DNA of 32,000 nucleotides, from assembly GCF_000017305.1 (NCBI RefSeq), contig NC_009664.2:3630001-3662000 (forward strand). The letters are read 5' to 3'. The translations under genes were made by a program, and so were the position numbers. This document shows positions 1-8,665 of this stretch, in pieces; position 1 is the stretch's first letter, and each line of letters opens with the position of its first letter. The notes under the pieces are model-generated. The model had not been told where the DNA came from. It made no database searches and saw only the letters and a program-made list of their open reading frames with translations. Source of the DNA: Kineococcus radiotolerans SRS30216 = ATCC BAA-149 (GTDB taxonomy: Bacteria > Actinomycetota > Actinomycetes > Actinomycetales > Kineococcaceae).

Positions 1-2
1 GC

Positions 3-1232
3 GTCCTCACCGGCGCCGCGGTCGTCGGCGCGGCCGGCCTCGGCGCGGGCGCGAGCGCCCTCGCCGGGCGCGAGGCCGCCGCCACCCCCGGCGCCACGCG
101 CACCGTGCCCTTCCACGGCGCGCGGCAGGCGGGCATCACCACCCCCGCCCAGGACTCCCTGGTCTTCGCCGCCCTCGACGTCACCACCAGCCGGGCCGGG
201 GAGCTCGCCGACGTCCTGCAGCGCTGGAGCGAGGCCGCCGCGACGATGGCCACCGGCGCCCCGGTGGGCGGGCCCGGGGGGCTGGGCGGCGCGGCGGACG
301 AACCGCCGCTGGACACCGGGGAGGCCCACGAGCTGCCCCCCGCCAACCTCACCGTGACCCTCGGGTACGGCCCGTCGCTGTTCGACGGGCGCTTCGGACT
401 GGCCGGACGCCGCCCCGCGGCGCTGGAGGAGCTGCCCGCCCTGCCCGGGGAGCAGCTCGACCCGACCCGCTGCGGCGGCGACCTGTGCCTGCAGGCCTGC
501 GCCGACGACCCCCAGGTGGCCTTCCACGCCGTCCGCAACCTGGTGCGCATCGGGCGCGGGGTGGTCGCGGTGCGCTGGGTGCAGCTGGGCTTCGGGCGCA
601 CCGCGACGACCTCCGCGGGACAGCCCACCCCGCGCAACCTCATGGGCTTCAAGGACGGCACCGCCAACCTGCGGGCCGAGGACACCGCCGGGCTCGACCG
701 CCACGTCTGGGTCGGCGGCGAGGGGGCGCCGGCGGCCGACCAGGAGTGGATGCGCGGCGGCACCTACCTCGTGGCCCGCCGCATCCGCATGCTCGTCGAG
801 GCCTGGGACCGCGCCCCGCTGGGGGAGCAGGAACGCGTCATCGGGCGCGCCAAGGTCTCCGGGGCGCCGCTGACGGGCACCTCGGAGTTCGACCCCCCGG
901 ACCTGGCCAGGACCTCCGCGACGGGGGAGCCGGTCATCGACGTCGCCGCGCACATGCGGCTGGCCGCCCCGGAGACCAACGGCGGCGCGAGGATCCTGCG
1001 CCGCGGGTACTCCTACACCGACGGTCTCGACCTCACCACCGGTCAGCTCGACGCGGGGCTGTTCTTCATCTGCTTCGGCAACGACCCGGCGTCGCAGTTC
1101 GTCGCCATCCAGCGCCGTCTCGGCGCGAGGGACGGACTCACCGAGTACCTCAAGCACACCGGTTCGGCGATCTTCGCCTGCCCGCCCGGCACCGCCGAGG
1201 GGGAGAGCTGGGGCCAGGGGCTCTTCACCTGA
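3..1232 (+). CDS. efeB: Dyp-type (EfeB-like) heme peroxidase, probably Tat-exported; 5' end cut by the window edge
   Basis: The frame is open to the window edge. In-frame upstream residues VLTGAAVVGAAGLGAGASALAG look like the hydrophobic core of a Tat signal. The body carries the Dyp GxxDG-type motif (MGFKDGTANL) and the FFICF region. Stop TGA at 1230-1232. GC3 is saturated. Confidence 0.85.
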   Translation, partial: VLTGAAVVGAAGLGAGASALAGREAAATPGATRTVPFHGARQAGITTPAQDSLVFAALDVTTSRAGELADVLQRWSEAAATMATGAPVGGPGGLGGAADEPPLDTGEAHELPPANLTVTLGYGPSLFDGRFGLAGRRPAALEELPALPGEQLDPTRCGGDLCLQACADDPQVAFHAVRNLVRIGRGVVAVRWVQLGFGRTATTSAGQPTPRNLMGFKDGTANLRAEDTAGLDRHVWVGGEGAPAADQEWMRGGTYLVARRIRMLVEAWDRAPLGEQERVIGRAKVSGAPLTGTSEFDPPDLARTSATGEPVIDVAAHMRLAAPETNGGARILRRGYSYTDGLDLTTGQLDAGLFFICFGNDPASQFVAIQRRLGARDGLTEYLKHTGSAIFACPPGTAEGESWGQGLFT

Positions 1233-1294
1233 CCCGCCCCCGGAGGACCGGGGGGAGCTGGCGCGCCGGACCGGGAAGCGCCTCACGGCGCACG

Positions 1295-1354
1295 GCCGCT
1301 CGTAGCGGCTTCAAAATGGGACCCGGGGCTACCGCGGTCCGACGCCCTCCCATT
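1295..1354. terminator. Candidate terminator hairpins between convergent efeB and the 1398..1973 gene
   Basis: GCCGCT-cgt-AGCGGC (1295-1309) is followed by TTCAAAA on the plus strand. AATGGGA-N26-TCCCATT (1315-1354) reads on the minus strand as a stem followed by TT. This is a locally lower-GC pocket. Both stems are short. Confidence 0.25.
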
Positions 1355-1397
1355 GTAACGACGTCGACGCCGCGGGCGCAGCCCCGAGGCCCGGGGA

Positions 1398-1973
1398 TCA
1401 GCCCAGTTCCCCGGCCCGCCAGCGCGCGGCGACGTGCTCGAGCTGCTCCGCGGTGCGGACCAGGCGCGCGGCCGAGCGGGTCAGCGAGGTGGCGGCGTCC
1501 TCCTCGGTGACCGGCAGCACCTGGTCGGCGTGGTGGGCGCGCCCCACGGCGAGGATCCGGGCGAAGGCCGCGGCGCGCTCCAGGGTGACGGCGAAGTCGC
1601 CCTCGGCCACCCCGCGCAGCACGGCGTCGACGACGGCGACGACCTCCGCAGGACCGGGCGGGTCGGCGACCCCGGCCACGACCTCCAGGACGGGGGCGTG
1701 GCGGCGGCCCTCCACGTACTGCCGGGAGACCGCCACGGGCTGGCGCTGGACCCAGGTCCGCAGGACGTAGAGCCGCCACAGCGCGCCGGCCAGGGAGTCC
1801 GCGGGGGCGTCGGCCCACAGGTCGGCGATGACCTCCAGCCCCTCGTCCTGGGCCAGGCGGACCACGCGGCGGGTCACCTCGGCGTCCTGGGCGGAGCGGG
1901 CGCCGTGCACTAGGGCGCTGGCCGCGGCGTGCGCGGCCTCCTGGACGGCGGAGGGGTCGACGCCGCCGGCCAT
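1398..1973 (-). CDS. Conserved hypothetical protein (alpha-helical, Ala/Val-rich); start uncertain
   Basis: GC3-saturated frame within track ORF 1398..2066. ATG 1973 (MAGGVDPSAV...) is chosen as the first ATG. No clear SD or -10 supports it, and GTG 2066 or 2045 are alternatives. I recognise no family motif. Confidence 0.55.
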   Translation of the reverse strand: MAGGVDPSAVQEAAHAAASALVHGARSAQDAEVTRRVVRLAQDEGLEVIADLWADAPADSLAGALWRLYVLRTWVQRQPVAVSRQYVEGRRHAPVLEVVAGVADPPGPAEVVAVVDAVLRGVAEGDFAVTLERAAAFARILAVGRAHHADQVLPVTEEDAATSLTRSAARLVRTAEQLEHVAARWRAGELG

Positions 1974-2144
1974 GGAGACGATCGCGTCGTCGCCGGGCAG
2001 GGCGGGGCGGTGGTGGTGGCGGCGGGGCTGTGCGGGATCGGGCACCGGACGATGGTGCCACCGCACCCGCCCGGCCGCGGACCGGGCGAGGGCCGGTCGC
2101 CGTCGGGCCGGCGGGCTGGCCGGTGTCGGGTCGGCCGCGGCCGG

Positions 2145-2567
2145 TCAGCCGCGGAAGGGCGGCGGGGGAGCGGCGAGAGTGGCGCGCGGGCAGTCCTGCA
2201 GCCGCAGCCCGCCGTGGCCCAGCGCCTCGTCGCACAGCGACTCCACGCTCCAGCCCAGCTGGCTGCCGAAGAGGGTGACGGTCACGCGGTAGATGGTGAT
2301 CTCGTACTTGGTGGGCGTCCCGTAGGCGACGTGGATGCGCCCGATGAGCTCGGCGCCGGCGACGTTGTCCGACCCGTGCCACGGGCGGTCGTAGCGGCTC
2401 CACAGCGACGGGCCGGCCTGCCAGACCCCGCCGTTCTGCACGTCGCGCAGCGCGAGCTCCACGAGGACGGAGCGGGCCGCCTCCTCGGGCACGATGGCCG
2501 CGGGACGGATGACCTCGGAGACCTCCCCGGCGTCGCGCGGGGCGGGCTGGGTGGGCTGGTCGTCCAC
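2145..2567 (-). CDS. Conserved hypothetical protein, 140 aa
   Basis: C-terminal part of track ORF 2145..2885. GTG 2567 is preceded by GAGGAG (2576-2581) 8 nt upstream. Codon usage is strongly GC3-biased (…KYEITIYRVTVTLFGSQLGWSVESLCDEAL…). Family not recognised. Confidence 0.6.
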   Translation of the reverse strand: MDDQPTQPAPRDAGEVSEVIRPAAIVPEEAARSVLVELALRDVQNGGVWQAGPSLWSRYDRPWHGSDNVAGAELIGRIHVAYGTPTKYEITIYRVTVTLFGSQLGWSVESLCDEALGHGGLRLQDCPRATLAAPPPPFRG

Positions 2568-2817
2568 GCGGGGGTCTCCTCGGTCGGTGCGAGCACTGGT
2601 CCCCGGTCCATCGGCACGGGGAGGGCCCGACGTGAGCGGTGCGGCGGTCGATGTGGAGATCCCGCGAGGGCAGTGGTGCTCAGGGTGAGCGGTGGGGCAT
2701 GATGGCGTCCACGGAGCTGCACACCGTGTAGTCAGCGCATCACCGCTAGTCGCTCGCCTGCGTTTCGTGAGGCCGTTGGGGAAGACGTCCCTCACACCGA
2801 CGCAGAAGGAGAACGGC

Positions 2818-3324
2818 ATGTCCGGTGCGACGACCCGCGGCGTGCTCTTCGTGCACTCCGCACCACGAGCGCTGACCCCCCACATCGAGTGGGCAGCCGG
2901 TGGTGTCCTCGGCGTGCGCGCGTCCTTCGACTGGACCGGGCAGCCGATCGCTCAAGGCTGCCTCCGGGCAGAGTACTCCTGGCAGGCCCCGCAAGGCAGC
3001 GGAGCGCTCCTCGCCTCGGCCCTGCGCGGGTGGGCCCACCTGCGCTTCGAGGTGACCGAGGAACCGTCGCAGGGCTGCGACGGCGGCCGCTGGAGCCACA
3101 CCCCCGCCCTGGGCATCTTCCACGCCGTCACCGACGTCCACGGCAACGTGCAGGTGCCCGAGGACCGGGTCCGGGCCGCGATGGACCTCGTGCAGAACGG
3201 GGACCCCGAGGCCGCCCGCCGGGCCCTCGCGCTCGCCGTCGGGGAGGCCTGGGACTGCGAGCTCGAGGCGTTCCGCCACGCCGGCGACGACACCCCCGTG
3301 CGCTGGCTGCACCAGGTCGGCTGA
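2818..3324 (+). CDS. DUF3145 domain-containing protein
   Basis: ATG 2818 is preceded by GAAGGAGAA. The sequence MSGATTRGVLFVHSAPRALTPHIEWAAGGVLG… matches the actinobacterial DUF3145 family as I remember it. That family typically lies next to the fab operon, as here. Confidence 0.85.
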   Translation: MSGATTRGVLFVHSAPRALTPHIEWAAGGVLGVRASFDWTGQPIAQGCLRAEYSWQAPQGSGALLASALRGWAHLRFEVTEEPSQGCDGGRWSHTPALGIFHAVTDVHGNVQVPEDRVRAAMDLVQNGDPEAARRALALAVGEAWDCELEAFRHAGDDTPVRWLHQVG

Positions 3325-3341
3325 GACCCCGCCGGCGCTCC

Positions 3342-3419
3342 ACCCGCACCCCACCCGCACGACGAGGGCCCCCGCTCGCAGGAGCGGGGGCCCTCGTCGT
3401 GCGGTGACGGGGTGCGGGT
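3342..3419. terminator. Very long GC hairpin (bidirectional terminator candidate) between convergent DUF3145 gene and fabF
   Basis: Perfect 23-bp inner stem 3355-3377 / 3382-3404 with loop GCAG. An 11-bp outer stem 3342-3352 / 3409-3419 lies across a small internal loop. No U-tract. The right edge touches the fabF stop codon (3419-3421). Confidence 0.6.
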
Positions 3420-4681
3420 CAGGGGGTGGCGAAGACCGCGCTGACGTTGTGACCGCCGAAGCCGAACGCGTTGTTCAGCCCCACCAGCCGCCCCTCGGCG
3501 GGCAGCGGCCGCGGGTCCTTGCGGACGACGTCCAGGGTGATCGCCGGGTCGAGGTCGTCGACGTTGATCGTCGGCGGGGCGAGGCGGTCGCGCAGGGCGA
3601 GGATCGTGAAGATGCTCTCCACGGCCCCCGCGGCTCCCAGCAGGTGACCGGTCATCGACTTGGTCGCCGACACCGCGATCCCGTCGGTGGCGTCTCCGAA
3701 GGCCAGTCGCAGGCCCTTGTCCTCGGCCACGTCCCCGACCGGGGTCGAGGTCGCGTGGGCGTTGACGTGGCACAGGTCGGCCGGGGTCAGGTCGGCCTGG
3801 TGCAGCGCGTCCAGCATGGCGCGGCTGGTCCCCGCGCCCTCCGGCTCCGGAGCCGCCACGTGGTAGGCGTCGGCGGACAGGCCCACGCCCAGGACCTCGG
3901 CGTGGACGCGCGCCCCGCGCGCCCGGGCGTGCTCCTCGGACTCCAGGACCAGGATCCCGGCCCCCTCCCCGAGCACGAAGCCGTCGCGGGCGGTGTCGAA
4001 GGGGCGCGACGCCCGCTCGGGGTCCTCGTTGCGCCGGGACATGGCGTGCATCGAGGTGAAGGAGGCGATGGGCAGCGGGTGGATCGCGGCCTCGGTGCCG
4101 CCGCAGATCACGATGTCGGCGCGCCCGGTGCGGATCATGTCGGCGCCGTAGGCGATGGCCTCCGCGCCGGAGGCGCACGCGCTGACCGGGGTGTGCGCCC
4201 CGGCGCGGGCGGTGAACTCGATGCTGATCGCGGCCGTCGGGCCGTTGGCCATGAGCATCGGGACGGTGAGGGGCAGGACGCGGCGGGCGCCCTTCTCCTT
4301 CAGCGTGTCGTAGGACGTCAGCAGCGTCCAGATGCCGCCGATGCCGGTCGCCACGACCGACCCCAGCCGCAGCGGGTCGACCTCGGGGGTGCCGGCGTCG
4401 GCCCAGGCCTCGCGCGCGGCGATCACCGCGAACTGCTGGGAGGGGTCCAGCCGCTTGATCTCCCGGCGTTCCAGGATGGTGTCGGCGCGGACCGCGGCCT
4501 GCGCGGCGAAGGTGACCGGGAGCTCGAACTCCTCGATCCACGGGTCGGTGATCGGCCGGGCGCCGGAACGGCCGGCGAGCGCGGCCTCCCAGCTGGTGCG
4601 GACGTCGCCGCCGAGCGGTGTCGTGGCGCCCATCCCGGTGACGACGACACGGCGCGACGAACTCGTCGAGGTCGTGGTCAT
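3419..4681 (-). CDS. fabF: Beta-ketoacyl-ACP synthase II (KasA/FabF type)
   Basis: 420 aa. Active-site Cys in PVSACASGA, His motifs NAHATSTP and GHLLGAAG. AGGAGGAG lies about 10 nt upstream of ATG 4681. Last gene of the fabD-fabH-acpP-fabF cluster. Confidence 0.95.
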   Translation of the reverse strand: MTTTSTSSSRRVVVTGMGATTPLGGDVRTSWEAALAGRSGARPITDPWIEEFELPVTFAAQAAVRADTILERREIKRLDPSQQFAVIAAREAWADAGTPEVDPLRLGSVVATGIGGIWTLLTSYDTLKEKGARRVLPLTVPMLMANGPTAAISIEFTARAGAHTPVSACASGAEAIAYGADMIRTGRADIVICGGTEAAIHPLPIASFTSMHAMSRRNEDPERASRPFDTARDGFVLGEGAGILVLESEEHARARGARVHAEVLGVGLSADAYHVAAPEPEGAGTSRAMLDALHQADLTPADLCHVNAHATSTPVGDVAEDKGLRLAFGDATDGIAVSATKSMTGHLLGAAGAVESIFTILALRDRLAPPTINVDDLDPAITLDVVRKDPRPLPAEGRLVGLNNAFGFGGHNVSAVFATP

Positions 4682-4779
4682 GGTCGGTCAGCTCCTCCTG
4701 AAGCTCTGACGGCGAACGTGGGTCGTGCGGGTGCTGCGGGGTGGCCGGCCCGCGGGAGCGGGCCGGCCGGGGTGGGGAT

Positions 4780-5025
4780 TCAGCCCTGGGCCTGCGAGAT
4801 GTAGGCGACGGCGTCGCCCACGGTGCGCAGGTTCTTGACGTCCTCGTCCGGGATGCGGACGGAGAACTTCTCCTCGGCGTTCACGACGATCGTCATCATC
4901 GACAGGGAGTCGATGTCGAGGTCGTCGGTGAAGGACTTGTCCGCGAGGACGCTGTCGGTGGGCAGGCCCGTCTCCTCGTTCACGATCTCGGCGAGACCGC
5001 TGAGGATCTCCTGCTCACTGGCCAT
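4780..5025 (-). CDS. acpP: Acyl carrier protein
   Basis: Phosphopantetheine attachment motif LDIDSLSMM. I prefer ATG 5025 (MASEQEIL…) over the track start 5040 because GGAGGAG lies 6 nt upstream of 5025. Confidence 0.93.
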   Translation of the reverse strand: MASEQEILSGLAEIVNEETGLPTDSVLADKSFTDDLDIDSLSMMTIVVNAEEKFSVRIPDEDVKNLRTVGDAVAYISQAQG

Positions 5026-5116
5026 GCGTTGCTCCTCCATCTGATCGGCGACCGGACCTCCCGGCCGCCGGAACCGGCCTGACCGCAGGGACCTGCGGTC
5101 AGGACTTCCCTGCCGG

Positions 5117-6163
5117 CTACGGGAGCCGGACGACCTGGGCGGCGTAGGACAGGCCCGCGCCGTAGCCGATGAGCAGCGCCAGACCCCCGGAGGGGGCGTG
5201 GCCGTCGGCGACCGCGCGCTCCATCGCCAGCGGGACCGAGGCGGCCGAGGTGTTGCCCATGTCGACGATGTCGCGGGCCACGTGGACGCTCTCGGGCAGC
5301 TTGAGCTGCTTGACCATCGCGTCGATGATCCGGCCGTTGGCCTGGTGCGCGACGAACACGTCGAGGTCCTCGGCGGTGACCCCGGCCGCGTCCATCGCGG
5401 CCTGCGCGACGGGAGCCATCTGCCACACCGCCCAGCGGAAGACCGACTGCCCCTGCTGCTCCAGGAAGGGCCAGCGCTCGACGTCCTCGCCGACCTCGGC
5501 GGGGTCCTCGGCGGCCAGCGCGGCGTCCCCTGAGGAGGAGCGCAGGTCCAGCCAGGAGAACTTCGACTTGATGAGGTCGGCCTGCCCGCCGTCGGAACCC
5601 CACACCGTGGGACCGATGCCGGGTTCGTCGGAGGCGCCGATGACGACCGCGCCCGCGCCGTCGGCGAAGAGGAACGCCGTGGAGCGGTCGTGCTGGTCGG
5701 TGAAGTCGGAGAGCTTCTCGGCGCCGATGACGAGCACGTTGCGCGCCGTGCCGCCCCGGACGAGGTCGCTGCCCAGGGCGACGCCGTGGCAGAAGCCGGC
5801 GCAGCCGGCGGAGACGTCGAAGGCCGCCGCGGGGGTCGCGCCCAGGCGGTGGGCCACGACGGCCGCGGCCGCCGGGGTCTGGAAGGGGTAGGAGACGGTC
5901 GCCAGGACCACCGCGTCGACGTCGGACCCGGTCAGCCCCGCCGCGGCCAGCGCCTTGGCGCCGGCGTCCTCGCTCATGTCGACGACCGAGACGTCGGGAG
6001 CGGCCCAGCGGCGGGTCCGGATCCCGGTGCGCTGCTGGATCCACTCGTCGGAGGAGTCGATCCAGGTGCACACCTCCTCGTTGTCGATGACCCGGGGCGG
6101 GCGGTGCGCGCCCACCCCGAGGATGCGGGCCTCGCGGGTGGGGGCGGCGGTCAGTGCGGTCAC
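5117..6163 (-). CDS. fabH: Beta-ketoacyl-ACP synthase III
   Basis: 348 aa. The catalytic triad contexts are visible: SAGCAGF (Cys), AHQAN (His), GNTSAAS (Asn). The GTG start overlaps the fabD stop as GTGA (6160-6163). Confidence 0.95.
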   Translation of the reverse strand: MTALTAAPTREARILGVGAHRPPRVIDNEEVCTWIDSSDEWIQQRTGIRTRRWAAPDVSVVDMSEDAGAKALAAAGLTGSDVDAVVLATVSYPFQTPAAAAVVAHRLGATPAAAFDVSAGCAGFCHGVALGSDLVRGGTARNVLVIGAEKLSDFTDQHDRSTAFLFADGAGAVVIGASDEPGIGPTVWGSDGGQADLIKSKFSWLDLRSSSGDAALAAEDPAEVGEDVERWPFLEQQGQSVFRWAVWQMAPVAQAAMDAAGVTAEDLDVFVAHQANGRIIDAMVKQLKLPESVHVARDIVDMGNTSAASVPLAMERAVADGHAPSGGLALLIGYGAGLSYAAQVVRLP

Positions 6164-7125
6164 AGGGTGGCCTCCGAGGTCGTCACGGTCGCGGCCGCAC
6201 CACCGTGCTCGGTGATCATGGCGCGGGCCTTGTCCAGGTCGTCCGGCGTCTTGAGCGCCAGGACGTCCACGCCCTTCAGTGTGCGCTTGGCCAGGTTGGT
6301 CAACGTGCCCGCGGGGGGCACCTCGATGAGCCCGGTCACCCCGAGGCGGGTGAACGCCTCGGTGACGAGGTCCCAGCGCACGGGCCGGCTGACCTGGGCG
6401 ACCAGCCGCTGCAGGAACGCCGCCCCGTCGCTGACGAGCTCGCCGTCGGCGTTCGCGGCGATGGGCGCGCTCGCCGTCCCGGCGTCGATCCCGGCGGCCA
6501 GGGAGGCCAGGGTGCCGACCGCGGGGGCCATGTGCTCGGTGTGGAAGGCGCCGGCGACCTGCAGGGGGATCACCCGCGCCTTCGCGGGCGGGTCCGCGGC
6601 GAGCGCGGCGAGGGCCTCGACGGTGCCGGCGGCCACGGTCTGCCCGCCGCCGTTGGCGTTGGCGGGGGTGAGCCCGTGCCGGGCGAGGGTGGCGGCGACC
6701 TCGTCGGGGTCACCACCCAGGACGGCGCTCATCCCGGTGGGCCGCACCGCGGCGGCGGCGGCCATCCCGCGCCCGCGCTCGCGGACCAGGACGAGGGCCT
6801 GCTCGGCGGAGAGCGCCCCGGTGGCGGCGGCCGCGGTGAGCTCGCCCACGGAGTGGCCCGCCACGGCTCCGGCCGCGGCGGCGAGCTCGGCGGGGGAGGC
6901 GACGAGCTCGCGCAGCCCGAGGAGCCCGGCGGCGACGATGAGGGGCTGGGCCACGGCGGTGTCGCGCAGCGTCTCGGCGTCGGAGACCGTGCCGTGGGCG
7001 AGGAGGTCGTCGCCGACGACGGCGGAGGCCCAGCGCAGCCGGTCCGCCACGCCCGGCAGTTCGAGCCAGGGCGCGAGGAAGCCGGGGGACTGCGACCCCT
7101 GGCCGGGGAAGACGAAGACGAGCAC
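6160..7125 (-). CDS. fabD: Malonyl-CoA:ACP transacylase
   Basis: 321 aa with an FPGQGSQ N-terminus and the GHSVGE active-site serine motif. GTG start at 7125. Confidence 0.95.
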   Translation of the reverse strand: MLVFVFPGQGSQSPGFLAPWLELPGVADRLRWASAVVGDDLLAHGTVSDAETLRDTAVAQPLIVAAGLLGLRELVASPAELAAAAGAVAGHSVGELTAAAATGALSAEQALVLVRERGRGMAAAAAVRPTGMSAVLGGDPDEVAATLARHGLTPANANGGGQTVAAGTVEALAALAADPPAKARVIPLQVAGAFHTEHMAPAVGTLASLAAGIDAGTASAPIAANADGELVSDGAAFLQRLVAQVSRPVRWDLVTEAFTRLGVTGLIEVPPAGTLTNLAKRTLKGVDVLALKTPDDLDKARAMITEHGGAAATVTTSEATL

Positions 7126-7291
7126 CGTGTCAGCCTGCCCCGTGACGGCCTCCGGGCACGGTCACGACGCGAACCGACTTTGCCAGCCTCTCTTGTAGGG
7201 ATCCTCCAAGCGGGTCGGCGGGGGAGCGGGACCCCTCGTGAGCTGTGCGTGACGGGTGGACGACGCTGCGTGGAGGAGGTGCCGGGGCGGG

Positions 7292-8506
7292 TCAGCGCGC
7301 GGGGGTCTGGCCCTCGCCGCGGCCCCCCGGCCCGGACTGCGACAACCGGCCCAGCGCCAGCGCCGTCTGCAGGACGAACCGCTCGCGCGGGGCGGACGGG
7401 GTCCAGCCGCAGACCTCCGCGACGCGTCGCAGCCGGTAGCGGACGGTGTTGGCGTGGACGTACAGCGAGCGCGCGCACGCCTCCAGCGACCCGCCGTGGG
7501 CGAGGTAGGCGGTCAGCGTCTCCAGCAGCGCACCCCCCGCCTCCTCCAGCGGCACGTAGGCGCGGTCCACCAGCGCCCGCCGCGCCGTTGCGTCCCCGCT
7601 GAGGGCGCGCTCGGGCAGCAGGTCGTCGGCCAGCACCGGGCGCGGCGCCTCGGGCCAGGCCCGGGCGGCCACGACCCCGGCCAGCGCCGCTCGCGCCGAG
7701 CGGGCCGCCACCGGCAACCGGGGCACGGTGGGCCCCACGACGACGGGGCCGGGCCCGAACTCCGAGCGGGCCAGCTGCTCGGCGGTGGCCTGCACGTCCA
7801 GCCCGCCGGAGAGCACCACGACCAGCCGGTCGCCCTGCACCCCGACCAGCGCCTCCCCGCCGGCCTGACGGGCCACCGACCGCACCCGGGCGACGGCTCC
7901 CGCCGTGGTCTCCTCGCTGGAGGGGCCGATCACCACCGTCGTCGCCGCGTCGAGGGTCCAGCCGAGGGCGGCGGCCCGGGAGGCGATCGTGTCCTCCCCG
8001 TCCCCGCGCAGCACCGCGTCCACGAGCAGCGCCTCCAGCCGGGCGTCCCACGCCCCGCGCGCCTCCGCGGCCCGGGCGTAGACCGCGGCGGCGGCGAAGG
8101 CGACCTCGCGGGAGTAGCGGAGCAGCGCCTCCCGGGCGATGACCTGCTCGGCGGGGTGGCTCTCACCCACGACGGCGTCCAGCCCCTCCTCGACCACCGT
8201 GATCGCGGCCCGGACCAGCTCGACGGTCTGCTGCAGCGTCACCGAGCGCATCAGCTCGCGCGGGGCGGTGCCGAAGAGCGCGGTCCCGGCGAGGACGTCG
8301 GGGTCCGGGCCGGACAGCCAGCGCAGGAAGTCGCCGAACCCGGCCTGCGCCACCAGCCCCACCCAGGAGCGCTCGTCGGCCGGCAGCGCGGCGTACCAGG
8401 GGAGGTCGGAGTCCATCCGGGCCGCGATCGCCGAGGCGAAGGCCCCCTGCGCCGCCTCCAGGCGGCGGACCGTCTGCGGGGACAGCTCGGTGGAGTCGGG
8501 GGGCAC
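7292..8506 (-). CDS. PucR-family transcriptional regulator located upstream of the fab operon (MabR/FasR-like)
   Basis: Track ORF 7292..9421 is over-extended. The last 404 aa end in a PucR-type HTH (SLYVHANTVRYRLRRVAEV). GTG 8506 is chosen because TACGCT (8513-8518, minus) lies 6 nt upstream, which would make it leaderless. Its position directly upstream of fabD mirrors Rv2242 (MabR) and Streptomyces FasR. Confidence 0.85.
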   Translation of the reverse strand: MPPDSTELSPQTVRRLEAAQGAFASAIAARMDSDLPWYAALPADERSWVGLVAQAGFGDFLRWLSGPDPDVLAGTALFGTAPRELMRSVTLQQTVELVRAAITVVEEGLDAVVGESHPAEQVIAREALLRYSREVAFAAAAVYARAAEARGAWDARLEALLVDAVLRGDGEDTIASRAAALGWTLDAATTVVIGPSSEETTAGAVARVRSVARQAGGEALVGVQGDRLVVVLSGGLDVQATAEQLARSEFGPGPVVVGPTVPRLPVAARSARAALAGVVAARAWPEAPRPVLADDLLPERALSGDATARRALVDRAYVPLEEAGGALLETLTAYLAHGGSLEACARSLYVHANTVRYRLRRVAEVCGWTPSAPRERFVLQTALALGRLSQSGPGGRGEGQTPAR

Positions 8507-8512
8507 GCAGCG

Positions 8513-8518
8513 AGCGTA
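8513..8518 (-). promoter_or_regulatory. -10-like hexamer TACGCT, 6 nt upstream of the PucR-family GTG (leaderless arrangement)
   Basis: The minus strand reads cccTACGCTcgctgcGTG. This fits the actinobacterial TANNNT -10 consensus and the usual spacing to a leaderless start. Confidence 0.4.
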
Positions 8519-8665
8519 GGGCGTGCGGCGGCGCCGGCCCCGGTGCCGCGGTCCGCGCGGGGCCCGCACGGGGAGCCGGGGACGCCCGCCTGGGCTAGGG
8601 TCGGCCCGGGTGGCCCACCCGACGACCTCCGGGGACGATCCCGCGAGGAGCACGGAAGGGGACGC

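Noticed and set aside
2952-8051. Series of long overlapping ORFs across the fab operon and regulator (2952..4541 -, 3404..4804 +, 4980..6071 -, 5690..7198 +, 6154..7602 +, 6729..8051 -)
   Set aside because: They are out of frame or antisense relative to fabF, acpP, fabH, fabD and the PucR regulator. They are extremely Arg/Pro/Gly-rich with no motifs. The real frames are identified by catalytic motifs and GC3 saturation.
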